A model generated the notes under the pieces. It saw nothing but the letters and a program-made list of their open reading frames with translations, made no database searches and had not been told where the DNA came from. The translations under genes and the position numbers were made by a program. From positions 127,221 through 191,220 of the IMG/VR virus record IMGVR_UViG_3300045747_000527: a stretch of DNA of 64,000 nt; one strand, written 5' to 3'. Every line of letters starts with the position of its first letter. Positions within the stretch are counted from its first letter, which is position 1. Below, piece by piece: positions 54,544 through 63,992 of the stretch. The stretch is from a virus.

Positions 54544-54999
54544 ATGGGTTACAAAGTAAGAGACTTGGTAGTCGCTGCCAAGCAGATCACAGAAGAGAAC
54601 TTCAACCACAAGGCTATGTGGGTGCACGCAGAGAAGGGTGACCTGGGACAGATCATCCACATCCTTCGTCCGGATGAGGATGCCGCCATTCCCACTGTTC
54701 GCTTTCGCAAGAGTGGCACAGCCGCCATCGTGGCCTCGGATGAGATAGAGGCGTTCACGGAGAGAAACCCGGTAGAGGTGATAGACCAGATACTGGGGCA
54801 GGTGCCCAAAGCCCTGACTGCTCTACGAGGTAAACTAGAGAAGATCAAAGACAACTCCTGCTATCGCCCGCCGGAGTTTCAGACACCCACATGGGAAGAG
54901 CTGAAGCAGCTACTCAACTTGATGCTCCCTATCCCGCCACAGACAGAGTGGGAAAAGCAGATCTATCGAATCGTAGTGATGAAAGAGCCCCCGGTTTGA
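54544..54999 (+). CDS. Hypothetical protein
   Basis: AAGGAG RBS. Confidence 0.6.
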   Translation: MGYKVRDLVVAAKQITEENFNHKAMWVHAEKGDLGQIIHILRPDEDAAIPTVRFRKSGTAAIVASDEIEAFTERNPVEVIDQILGQVPKALTALRGKLEKIKDNSCYRPPEFQTPTWEELKQLLNLMLPIPPQTEWEKQIYRIVVMKEPPV

Positions 55000-55084
55000 T
55001 CGGGAGGGAAAGCGGCCGCGCTTTCTCTAGCCCTGCAATTCTCAGCCAACCGCGGGTATAAGATCTGCAGAAAGGATCTGTCTA

Positions 55085-55270
55085 ATGGTCATCCGAGGAC
55101 TCAACTACCTAATACAAGCCGCCGAACACCCTACCTATGAACAACTGAAGGCACGCCTTATAGAAGACCTGCGCTTGATGGGCTACGGCTCGGTCAAGGT
55201 AGAACCCATCGACCTTAAGGACATCTCGGTCGGACTCACGTGGTCTGAGGCGAAAGGATCTAACCAATGA
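55085..55270 (+). CDS. Hypothetical protein
   Basis: Promoter motif at 55055. Confidence 0.55.
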   Translation: MVIRGLNYLIQAAEHPTYEQLKARLIEDLRLMGYGSVKVEPIDLKDISVGLTWSEAKGSNQ

Positions 55271-55668
55271 GGAGACCAATGACCATCCGCAGTCCGTGTA
55301 TCATCACCGCCAGGCTCTTACCAGGCGTCAAGACAACCGATGCCCTCATATCCATCGAGTACAACGGGTGGTCCTCTGACGCCCGCCGTAAGTACACAGT
55401 GTACGTAGACACGTCCGGGTTCGAAGAAAAGGTGAGTGACCTTAGCTCAGGGGTAGGTGGTGGCACCCTCCAAGAAGGGCTGAGGTCGTTCCTATCATTT
55501 GCCGCGGCTTGTGGGGAGAGCATCAACCACCAGAGGCGGACTGGCCAACCAGGGGAGAACTGTGACCTCTTCGATCCACCGTTGGATGAGTGGTGCGCAG
55601 ACAATGAAGAAGAGCTGAGCATGCTCGGCGTTGAGTTAGAAGAGACACCCAATTTGATCGAGGAGTAA
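55267..55668 (+). CDS. Hypothetical protein
   Basis: Coupled. Confidence 0.6.
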   Translation: MRRPMTIRSPCIITARLLPGVKTTDALISIEYNGWSSDARRKYTVYVDTSGFEEKVSDLSSGVGGGTLQEGLRSFLSFAAACGESINHQRRTGQPGENCDLFDPPLDEWCADNEEELSMLGVELEETPNLIEE

Positions 55669-55670
55669 CT

Positions 55671-56171
55671 GTGGAAACTGTAAAATACAAGCTGTACTAC
55701 GAATATGATCTACTTTGCTGGTCTATGAGTAGGCTCCGCTACCTGGCCACACTATACGGGATCTCAACAACACGTTACAGCGACCAGATGCGGCTGGTCG
55801 CACGTGTTCTGCGGGAGCAGGCGAAAACGGGCGGGAGGATACCTTATCGTGCGCGCCTCTCTGAGGATGACTGTGCCGAGCAACTCGTACCAGTGCCCAC
55901 GTCGCCCCTCCCCACCCTACAAGCACTCAAGGGATTCTCCCTTGGGCACAATGGACTCATCAGCCCAGGTGCAGGACGAATGGGCACGTGGCTACATAGA
56001 ATAGTTGTGATGAGAGCTGCGACTAAAGATGTGGCAACACTCGTAGCAAAGATCGGCAAGCTTCAAGCCAAGCTTGACGCAAAGAAAGGACAACATGGGA
56101 AGAGCACCAAGCGCAGAGACACAACTGAAAACACAGCGCAGGCAGTACAACGAACTCAAAAGAGCCGCTAA
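55671..56171 (+). CDS. Hypothetical protein
   Basis: GAGGAG RBS, GTG start. Confidence 0.4.
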   Translation: METVKYKLYYEYDLLCWSMSRLRYLATLYGISTTRYSDQMRLVARVLREQAKTGGRIPYRARLSEDDCAEQLVPVPTSPLPTLQALKGFSLGHNGLISPGAGRMGTWLHRIVVMRAATKDVATLVAKIGKLQAKLDAKKGQHGKSTKRRDTTENTAQAVQRTQKSR

Positions 56172-56408
56172 CGATCTAGGCGCGCGGGCAACATCAGCAA
56201 TCCGACAGGCAGCCCACTACGAGATGGTCATACGGGCAGGCCAGCCAGTACATGGCACTACGGCGGCAGGTGGTTCGATCCCACAACGCAGTCCAAAAGG
56301 AGATAAGTCAGGGTAGAGCTGAGGGCGGTAACACCACTCCTCAGTTTCTCTAGCCCTTGTGCAAATAGCGGTGCGGATATGGGTATAAGTATTGTAGGAG
56401 GAAGATCA

Positions 56409-56606
56409 ATGCCCAACACCGCCACTCGACTCGTGGATATCAAGAGCCTCAACCTTGATGCGCTGGATATCCGCCACCTCAAACCACAACCTGTGCAGCA
56501 ACAGGTGTGCAATCGCTGCCGACAACCCTTGCCATATACCCACGCAGACCACATCATGCTCGCCCTCGGCTTTCGCCGGGTGTGCGAAGCCTGCACTAAA
56601 AGGTAG
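56409..56606 (+). CDS. Small Zn-finger protein
   Basis: CNRC..CEAC; promoter motif at 56382. Confidence 0.5.
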   Translation: MPNTATRLVDIKSLNLDALDIRHLKPQPVQQQVCNRCRQPLPYTHADHIMLALGFRRVCEACTKR

Positions 56607-56648
56607 ACTGCGGAACCCCACCACACCAAACTGAGAGGAGACTAGACC

Positions 56649-56873
56649 ATGTTCACACTTGTCGTTGCAATGCTACTGAACCACCCGGCCACTGCCACGG
56701 TCGCCTTCAAGGCCACCGTCTCCTTGGAGACAGTGCGCGCCGAGAAAGTTGAGCGGCACAATAGGGCTGAAGAGCTAGGGCACTGGCTCAACAAGTTGGA
56801 CGGGGAACGCCAAGCGGCACTAGCTCGCTACTCCCCATTCGCCGACGCTGACTCCGCAAATCCGTTCGAGTAG
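56649..56873 (+). CDS. Small exported hypothetical protein
   Basis: GAGGAG RBS; signal-like N-terminus. Confidence 0.5.
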   Translation: MFTLVVAMLLNHPATATVAFKATVSLETVRAEKVERHNRAEELGHWLNKLDGERQAALARYSPFADADSANPFE

Positions 56874-57325
56874 CCGCCATGACTGGCTATTCAGAGAAGC
56901 CGCACACCCAAAGTGAGCACGTCAATGAGGCACACGTGCTCACAGAAGCGGGAGTCTACTGCGTGTGTCGGCTAGGCACGTGTACGAAAGCACAATATGA
57001 AAAGTGCCAAAAGCTACGTCTCCAACGGGACAAGGGAGCGAAGCATGAGATCTGACAGAATATGGCGTATGTGGCGAGGGCACAAAGTCTGGATAGTCAG
57101 ACAAGACTCAGGTGCCTTCGGCACAACGCCAGACTTCACCAGAGCCAGCGAGTTTGATCCCGAGGAGTCCGCCGCCCTAGTACGGCTCCTCAATGCCCAG
57201 AGCCACGAAGAGCGTGGCCCTTGGGCCGCAGAGTATTAGAGACGAGCTGCCTGTAGGCAGCTTTTCTCTAGCCCTGCGTGCGTAATTCCAGGGGGCATGT
57301 GGGTATAAGAAGATTAGGAGGAACC

Positions 57326-57745
57326 ATGCTCACAGACGATCAAATAAAACACCTGTTTAACCCTGGCGCTTTAGCTATGACAACTGACGCGCTCGAAGCA
57401 GTCTCGGTCGCACTAGGCGAGGAAGTGGTTGACGAGTTCTCCTGTTTCTTCAGAAAGCTTGGGTACCACGTGACCTGGGACTATGACAGGAAGGGTAAGT
57501 ACTATGAGATCTATACCCAGGATGAGCCCGACCATCCTGGGCGCTTGATCTGCCAGTGCCCTTTTGGCATTCCGCTCTCAGTGGTTCTCCAAGACCTGCC
57601 CTGGTGGGCCGAGGACAAAAAGGGGGACAGCGGGGTGGACTACGTTGTCAACGGCAAATTAGCTGACGTAGCTGCTATCTGGGAACAGGTCAAAATTCAT
57701 CAGGCCAATGAGAAAGAAAATGATCAAGCTGCTGCTCTGCCTTAG
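57326..57745 (+). CDS. Hypothetical protein
   Basis: Promoter motif at 57302; AGGAGG RBS. Confidence 0.65.
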   Translation: MLTDDQIKHLFNPGALAMTTDALEAVSVALGEEVVDEFSCFFRKLGYHVTWDYDRKGKYYEIYTQDEPDHPGRLICQCPFGIPLSVVLQDLPWWAEDKKGDSGVDYVVNGKLADVAAIWEQVKIHQANEKENDQAAALP

Positions 57746-58103
57746 TCTGCTGACTGCCTGCAAAGACGAAGGCATCCGTCAGCTGATCTACCCTGGCTCT
57801 CAAGTAGACGCTGCAAGCTCGTCTGAGCTACAGACGGTGCTCGACAGACTCAACGTGTGTTCGAGGCTATACGCGGACACGACTGCCGATTACCTAAGGC
57901 ACATGAGAGCAGATCACCTGGAAAAGGAGAATCCGCCTGAAGATGGGCACACCTACCCAGCGTGGCCATTCGAGCGGCCGGATGGGTGGGTAAAGGTCGA
58001 GTACGTCTGCCCCACTGGAAAGTACACCTCAAAGTGCAGGACCACTGAGTGGTTCCACGAACATCCATCAGCCATTCTTCCGAATGGCAAACTAGCGAAG
58101 TGA
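57720..58103 (+). CDS. Putative lipoprotein
   Basis: MIKLLLCLSLLTAC lipobox. Confidence 0.6.
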   Translation: MIKLLLCLSLLTACKDEGIRQLIYPGSQVDAASSSELQTVLDRLNVCSRLYADTTADYLRHMRADHLEKENPPEDGHTYPAWPFERPDGWVKVEYVCPTGKYTSKCRTTEWFHEHPSAILPNGKLAK

Positions 58104-58111
58104 GGAACACC

Positions 58112-58558
58112 ATGCCTTTGATCATTGCAAGAACCCTACTCGCGGAGCGCCTAGTAGAGACTCCGATCTTTGAGTGTTCTGTGTGTCACAGACAAGACCA
58201 GTGCATGACCCTTATTGTTCAGCATTACGTTGACGTGCACATGGCAACGAAAGAAATCCCCGTGGATATCCACTGCTCGCTGAGGTCTAGGGACCTTTCT
58301 GTGCGGTGGTTCGCCACCAAGGAGGAGGCAGAGCTGTGGATGGCTAAAGCCGCAGAGAGCAAGTGGCGCGACTACCCGATCAAAGTCAACTGGGAAGGGG
58401 AAGGGTGGTACTACATAGAGAAGTACGTAGATGGGAGGGGCGACAATGCTGTGCTCGTCGCCTCTATTCGCTACCGCGCACATACGCTCGCCGAGGAGAT
58501 CAAAGATAAATCAGGAGAGCTCAAGACCCTGAACGCCCTGGGGAGGTTCATCGGATGA
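58112..58558 (+). CDS. Hypothetical protein
   Basis: CSVC; GAGG RBS. Confidence 0.55.
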   Translation: MPLIIARTLLAERLVETPIFECSVCHRQDQCMTLIVQHYVDVHMATKEIPVDIHCSLRSRDLSVRWFATKEEAELWMAKAAESKWRDYPIKVNWEGEGWYYIEKYVDGRGDNAVLVASIRYRAHTLAEEIKDKSGELKTLNALGRFIG

Positions 58559-58881
58559 GAGCGAAAGACATCAGGGCTATGAACATGGCTCTCACGAAGG
58601 TAGACCTGCACTACCTCAACATAGAAGCGGCTGATCGGAATGAGGAGCCTATTCTAGTAGAGATAGCCAAGGCGATGACACTGGCCCTGCTGCACAAGGA
58701 AATCGAAGCACGCGTAGTCTGCGACACCGTAGCAGATTACGCTAAGGCGGTGCTCCTATTCTCAACAGGCAGATTGGGCAAGGACCACGGGGGCAAATGG
58801 GCCAAGGACACACTTGAGCTGCCAAACGGCAGCGCCGTAGTAGTCATACTCAGGGTGAACAGCCAACGCACCCTGTGGTAG
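58555..58881 (+). CDS. Hypothetical protein
   Basis: Coupled; terminator follows. Confidence 0.55.
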   Translation: MRAKDIRAMNMALTKVDLHYLNIEAADRNEEPILVEIAKAMTLALLHKEIEARVVCDTVADYAKAVLLFSTGRLGKDHGGKWAKDTLELPNGSAVVVILRVNSQRTLW

Positions 58882-58967
58882 GGGAGACCCCCAGCTCACA
58901 AGCTGGGGCCTTCTTTTGCCTGCAAATTAGATCACTCCCTGGGTATAAGTACCCCAGGAGACTTCTA

Positions 58968-59219
58968 ATGCACATACGCAAACGGCCTAGCAAATGCGGC
59001 CACCGATTTGCCTGTTCCTACGGGCACGTAGACCACAAGCGGAAGCTATGCACGGTGTGGTGGTGCCCAGAGTGCGGCGCTCTCTGCGTCCGCCACAAGC
59101 ACAAACCTGGACGACCATCACGCAAAGAGTACGAGTGGGTCCCTACAGGACCGTGGCCCCTAATCCCGAGAGGAATCAAACACGATGATACAAGATCGAC
59201 CCCCAACCAAGTGTCCTAA
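58968..59219 (+). CDS. Small Cys/His-rich basic protein
   Basis: Promoter motif at 58942; CPECG. Confidence 0.5.
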   Translation: MHIRKRPSKCGHRFACSYGHVDHKRKLCTVWWCPECGALCVRHKHKPGRPSRKEYEWVPTGPWPLIPRGIKHDDTRSTPNQVS

Positions 59220-59415
59220 ATGCGGATGCACCGCCTTCGTTAGTCCGGTGTATTGCAAGGGGCACACAGGGCCGACCCCCTGCCTCCACGATACCAGAGT
59301 CGTAACGGAGCACCTCACCTATACGTGCGCTACGTGTCTCTACGAAGTTGCGGTGAAATGCCTGGACGCACCCAAGGAGTCGCCGGCTGTTCAGCCAACC
59401 AAACGCAAGAAGTAG
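59185..59415 (+). CDS. Small Zn-finger protein
   Basis: CPKCG..CATC. Confidence 0.55.
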   Translation: MIQDRPPTKCPKCGCTAFVSPVYCKGHTGPTPCLHDTRVVTEHLTYTCATCLYEVAVKCLDAPKESPAVQPTKRKK

Positions 59416-59472
59416 GTAATCCACGAGAAAGGAGGGCGTAACAGCCCTCCTTTCTTTTTCAGGGAGGATTCA

Positions 59473-59832
59473 ATGCCAAGGCCTAAACCAAACACACCCT
59501 ATGTAGCGCCGAAGTTCTACGGCATGTCCATCCCCAGAACGGAATACGAGGGAGGCACCTGGCTGGATAGAGAAGAGCTGGCCTACAACACCCACACAGG
59601 CTCGGTCACCAAATCCAACCGCCGCGCACGTGCAATATGCTTCGACGGCAAGCTACGCACGTTCAGGGTCGGCATCCCTGACACGTTCTTCAGCATCCCA
59701 GCGGCGGGCGAGATCAACAGTCAGTACATGCGCGGGTGGGTAGAGATCAAAGATAACAAGGTAGTGTTCCACCGACAAAGCAAATACAAAGGAGTGGCTA
59801 ATGAAAACGATTCGGGCACACCACATTCCTAG
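59473..59832 (+). CDS. Hypothetical protein
   Basis: GGAGG RBS. Confidence 0.65.
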   Translation: MPRPKPNTPYVAPKFYGMSIPRTEYEGGTWLDREELAYNTHTGSVTKSNRRARAICFDGKLRTFRVGIPDTFFSIPAAGEINSQYMRGWVEIKDNKVVFHRQSKYKGVANENDSGTPHS

Positions 59833-60097
59833 AGACTCACTGTTCCTCATAAAGACGCACAAAGGGGCTCAGGTTCTTTCCGTGGGCGTTACTGAGATGC
59901 ATCGAGAGCCCTGTGTTTGGTTGCTCGTAGATCTGGACGCACCACCAATCGCTCGGGCATTTGCGAGAAAAGAAACAGGCGACACCTGGGACGATGAAGA
60001 GGGGGTGGAGACAACGTTCGTTGGAACGTACCAAGATCGATTCTACATATTCCATGTGTTTGATCTTGGAGAAAGAGGACTCGAATGGCTAAAGTAA
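59801..60097 (+). CDS. Conserved phage hypothetical protein
   Basis: GAQVLSVG..VW.LVD..ETG..FVGTYQ..FHVF. Confidence 0.65.
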   Translation: MKTIRAHHIPRDSLFLIKTHKGAQVLSVGVTEMHREPCVWLLVDLDAPPIARAFARKETGDTWDDEEGVETTFVGTYQDRFYIFHVFDLGERGLEWLK

Positions 60098-60357
60098 TGA
60101 TCCAACTAGAGATAACCGCTCATGGGTATCACACGGTTGAGGTGGAAGAAGAACTGGTCAAGCATCTATTGGACGCAGACGGCGAGGAGTTCGACCCCGA
60201 CGCAGTAGATGACCTGCCCATGGCCATCAACCGTTTCAGTGCTACAGAAGCCTACGCCGCCATAGACGCCGCGGTGGACTTCGGAGCCGTCATCAGAGAG
60301 ATGGACTATGAGGTGTCCGAGATGGACCTGATAACCAAGGAGCCTAGCGACGTATGA
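60085..60357 (+). CDS. Hypothetical acidic protein
   Basis: 90-aa ORF. Confidence 0.55.
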   Translation: MAKVMIQLEITAHGYHTVEVEEELVKHLLDADGEEFDPDAVDDLPMAINRFSATEAYAAIDAAVDFGAVIREMDYEVSEMDLITKEPSDV

Positions 60358-60400
60358 ACTGTGGAGAAGTAAGACGAACCACTCGCCCAGAAGGGGACTC

Positions 60401-61483
60401 ATGAAAAAGAAATGGCCCAAAGCCAAGCAGTCAACGGTTGCTGAGATCAAAGCGGCAGAGGCAGCCAAGAAACCTGAAAAGCTGTTCACAGTAGGGTCCG
60501 GTAAAGCTGCCGACTGGGCTGAGCAAGTAAAGAACCAGTACCGGGACATGGTGGTGCTGGTACACCCGGACGCAAACCCGGATATAGCTGAGGCCGGAGA
60601 CGTGATGGGGGCTTTGAACGTCCTGCATGACTTGGCCCAAAAGAAGATCGCGGAGAACATGTGGGGTAAGTCCTCCATCACCATTACCTTCGACAAGGGC
60701 CGCACGATCACAGACGTGGAACCCTTCAGTAAGGGGGACATCGGTGACATATACAAGGGCATCCTTGATGGCAAGACTGTGGTGCTCAAGGTGGGTACCT
60801 CGGCCGCTGACCTCATCAAAGCAGAGAGCACCACGCTCAAGAAAATGTACGAGAACAAGGACGTCAAACTCTTCAGCAAGTACCTGCCAAAACTGATTGA
60901 CACGATCAAGGTGAACGGCAAACTTGCGAACATATTCGAGTTCTCCCCCAAGACATTCACCCTTGAGCAGGTCCTGCGAGCCTACCCAGACGGTCTGGAT
61001 GGCAAGACAGTGGCTTGGATGTGGCGCCGCATGCTTGAGGTGACTAGCTGGGCCCACGGCATGAATATAGTGCACGGGGCTGTCATCCCGTCAAACATCC
61101 TGATCAGACCAGAGGACCATGGACTCGTCCTATTGGATTGGTGCTACTCAGTGCCAATGCGCACCACCGGGAAAGCCTATGTCGAGAAGTACAAGGACTT
61201 CTTCCCACCTGAGCTATTCCGCAAGATGCCGCTAGATGGTGGAGCAGACCTCTACATGATCGCTATGTGCGTAAAGGCCCTATTCAGGGGCTGGACCACC
61301 GTAGACAGGATGAAGTGGCTTGCTAAAGACCCCAAGCTCATGACAGGCGTGGCAGACGCATGTCTGTTGGCCTCACCACGAAGCAGAGCCAGTGATACCT
61401 GGGAAGTGTACGAAAACCTAGCCAAGAACCTAGCCAAACTGTATGGACCACCAAAGTTCATACCATTCCAAATGCCAACGTAA
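60401..61483 (+). CDS. J-domain + protein-kinase-fold fusion lacking the catalytic Asp
   Basis: YRDMVVLVHPD; VLK; IVHGAVIPSNILI; LLDWC. Confidence 0.8.
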   Translation: MKKKWPKAKQSTVAEIKAAEAAKKPEKLFTVGSGKAADWAEQVKNQYRDMVVLVHPDANPDIAEAGDVMGALNVLHDLAQKKIAENMWGKSSITITFDKGRTITDVEPFSKGDIGDIYKGILDGKTVVLKVGTSAADLIKAESTTLKKMYENKDVKLFSKYLPKLIDTIKVNGKLANIFEFSPKTFTLEQVLRAYPDGLDGKTVAWMWRRMLEVTSWAHGMNIVHGAVIPSNILIRPEDHGLVLLDWCYSVPMRTTGKAYVEKYKDFFPPELFRKMPLDGGADLYMIAMCVKALFRGWTTVDRMKWLAKDPKLMTGVADACLLASPRSRASDTWEVYENLAKNLAKLYGPPKFIPFQMPT

Positions 61484-61494
61484 GAAGGAGAAAC

Positions 61495-61641
61495 ATGGGA
61501 GCACCACAAGAAGACACAGTCGAGCAGATCCAAGAAGCCAAAGAGGCCATGACCATCGAACCCAAAGATGTCGGCAAGATCGAAGACATCCTCGGAGTCG
61601 TCCCAACGGCCACGATGCCCGAAGAAAAGAAGGAGGTCTGA
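61495..61641 (+). CDS. 48-aa acidic protein
   Basis: AAGGAG RBS; ends 1 nt before the vWA start. Confidence 0.5.
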   Translation: MGAPQEDTVEQIQEAKEAMTIEPKDVGKIEDILGVVPTATMPEEKKEV

Positions 61642-61642
61642 C

Positions 61643-62617
61643 ATGGGTAGTTCAAGTTACTCGATCAACTCAGCCGACAGCATCAGAGCACACCGCATGG
61701 CGATGCCCGCAGCTGCCTTCGTGGCATCTACGTTCACATCGACGCGCGCGATTGACCCCAAGCTTGCACCACTGGGTGTCAAGCTACGGGAATCGTGTGA
61801 CTCCGACACACACCCCGAGTCCAACGCCATCATCATCGAGTTCGACATAACGGGCTCGATGGGCACCCACCCCGTCATGTTCGCCCAGGATAAACTGCCT
61901 GGGATGATGAAGATGTTGCTCACCCAGAACACCATCCCACATCCGCAGATTCTGTTTGCAGCCATTGGGGACTACTTCAGTGACAAGGCCCCCTTTCAGA
62001 TCGGACAGTTCGAGTCTGGTCTCGAAATGGACGACTGGCTGACTAAGATCTTCCTTGAAGCGGGTGGAGGTGGGGGAAACCACGAGTCCTACCTCATGGG
62101 CCTGTGGTGGGCAGCCACGCACACAAAGATGGACTGCTGGGACAAACGTGGCAAGAAGGGCTACCTCTTCCAGATCGGGGATGAGTACTGCTACCCCACG
62201 CTCACCAAAGAAGAGATCAAGGCCGTCACAGGCGAGGATGTCCAGGGTGACCTCACTGCCGAAGAAGTGGTGGCCATGACGGAGGAGAAATTCGAGATTT
62301 TCCGTATCTGTGTGCGCAGTGGCTCGTACCACGACGGCAACCTCGACGCGTGGAAGAAACTCTTGGGCCAACGGGCCATCTTCCTGGATAAGGCAGAACT
62401 GATCTGTGAGCTCATCGCTTCTCAGATTGCATCCATGGAGGGCGTAGACTCGGCAGGTATCCGCAAGGGCCTGACTGACGCTGGTCTGTCTCCCACGGCG
62501 TTCAACACAATCGAAAAGAGCTTGGTCCCCGCTGGAGCTGGTGGGGCCGTAGCTAAGATCGGTACCAGCTCCGAAATGCTCCCACCCACGGGCTCTGGCG
62601 GAACAACCAGGCTCTAA
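61643..62617 (+). CDS. vWA-domain protein
   Basis: FDITGSMG MIDAS-like, AIGD, GGGGNHESY, GDE. Confidence 0.8.
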   Translation: MGSSSYSINSADSIRAHRMAMPAAAFVASTFTSTRAIDPKLAPLGVKLRESCDSDTHPESNAIIIEFDITGSMGTHPVMFAQDKLPGMMKMLLTQNTIPHPQILFAAIGDYFSDKAPFQIGQFESGLEMDDWLTKIFLEAGGGGGNHESYLMGLWWAATHTKMDCWDKRGKKGYLFQIGDEYCYPTLTKEEIKAVTGEDVQGDLTAEEVVAMTEEKFEIFRICVRSGSYHDGNLDAWKKLLGQRAIFLDKAELICELIASQIASMEGVDSAGIRKGLTDAGLSPTAFNTIEKSLVPAGAGGAVAKIGTSSEMLPPTGSGGTTRL

Positions 62618-62651
62618 CAAAGGAACAACCAGGCTCTAACAAAGGAACAAC
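62600..62651 (+). repeat. 22-bp tandem duplication
   Basis: GGAACAACCAGGCTCTAACAAA x2 + partial. Confidence 0.85.
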
Positions 62652-63992
62652 ATGGCGCATCAGGCGTATGCAGTAATTGATCTTGGCTTCGGCGACTCTG
62701 GAAAAGGAACGATAGTAGACTACCTAGCCCGTAAGACTGGATCTGATCTAGTCGTTCGCTTCAACGGTGGCGCTCAAGCAGGACACAATGTTGTTACGCC
62801 TGATGGCCGCCATCACTGTTTCTCTCAGTTCGGTTCTGGCACCTTCGTTGAGGGTGTCAGGACCCTTCTGACCTCAGACGTAGCAATCCACCCACTGGGC
62901 CTACAGAAAGAAGCAGCCCACCTACGGCAACTAGGCGTGTGGGATGCTTTGCATCGTCTGATCGTAGACGAGAAGTGCCTGGTCATCACCCCGTACCACC
63001 AGGCCCTCAACTGCTTGAAGGAGCTCAGCCGTGGCAAAGATGCTCATGGAAGCTGTGGGATAGGCTACGGCGAAACAGTGGCTCACTCGATGAGCACACA
63101 AGCTGTGGGCGGCGCCATGTACGCCTGGGAACTCCACCATCCAATATCCAGACACCTCAGAGAGATACGAAAAGAACTGCTCTCGGAGGTTCATGGGCTA
63201 ACGTGGCCAACCTTTGACAAAAACAGTGAGTCAGACCTTTTGTGGAAGAAGTGGTACGAGTTGCTGAGTGACGAAGAGAACGTAGATGCAATCGCTAGGC
63301 TGTTCCTAGAAATCGGAAAGCAGGTAAACCTCACCCACGCAGATGGCACTCAGAGGTTTGTACAGTCAGCGAAAACCCCAATATTCGAAGGAGCGCAGGG
63401 TGTGCTGCTCGATGAGAAGTGGGGCTTTCCACCGTACCACACGTGGTCCAACACCACCGGTTCTCAGATCTATGAGAAATTTGGTCTACACCCAGGAGAC
63501 GGCTCCATCACCACACTTGGGGTAGTTCGAGCATTCCCAACCAGACACGGTGCCGGACCTTTCCCTACTGAGGACAAGAGCTTGGCTGAGAAGATGAGGG
63601 GAAACCACAACAGTTTCAACCCCTGGCAAGGTAATCTACGCATAGGACACTTTGATCACGTACTCAACGGTTACGCCGTACAGGCATGCAGAGTCAACAA
63701 CTTCCCGATCAGCGCACTAGCAGTAACCCACCTAGACGGCTTACTCGAAATGGAACACTGGACGCACTGTGAGGCCTACGACGTCTACTCAAACGAGGCA
63801 GTAACGGCGAGAAGACTGATGTGGGCAGACGGTGATGCCAGGACCAACATGCTCAGAGCGGCAGTGCCCTACATCGGGAGGGCTAAGGCCAGTGAGCACG
63901 ATGCGATTAAACAGATCGAGCACTATGTAGGAATTCCAGTGGTGATAAAATCCACTGGCCCCACCGCAGAGAACAAAGTCAGTCTTCTGTAG
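62652..63992 (+). CDS. Divergent adenylosuccinate-synthetase-like protein
   Basis: DLGFGDSGKG, RFNGGAQAGH, GSCGIG, FEGAQG.LLD, TRHG.GPFPTE, STGP. Confidence 0.85.
   Translation: MAHQAYAVIDLGFGDSGKGTIVDYLARKTGSDLVVRFNGGAQAGHNVVTPDGRHHCFSQFGSGTFVEGVRTLLTSDVAIHPLGLQKEAAHLRQLGVWDALHRLIVDEKCLVITPYHQALNCLKELSRGKDAHGSCGIGYGETVAHSMSTQAVGGAMYAWELHHPISRHLREIRKELLSEVHGLTWPTFDKNSESDLLWKKWYELLSDEENVDAIARLFLEIGKQVNLTHADGTQRFVQSAKTPIFEGAQGVLLDEKWGFPPYHTWSNTTGSQIYEKFGLHPGDGSITTLGVVRAFPTRHGAGPFPTEDKSLAEKMRGNHNSFNPWQGNLRIGHFDHVLNGYAVQACRVNNFPISALAVTHLDGLLEMEHWTHCEAYDVYSNEAVTARRLMWADGDARTNMLRAAVPYIGRAKASEHDAIKQIEHYVGIPVVIKSTGPTAENKVSLL

Noticed and set aside
62652-63992. PurZ / Z-genome
   Set aside because: Catalytic Asp is retained (GDSGKG) rather than Ser, and no DatZ/MazZ/DpoZ is adjacent
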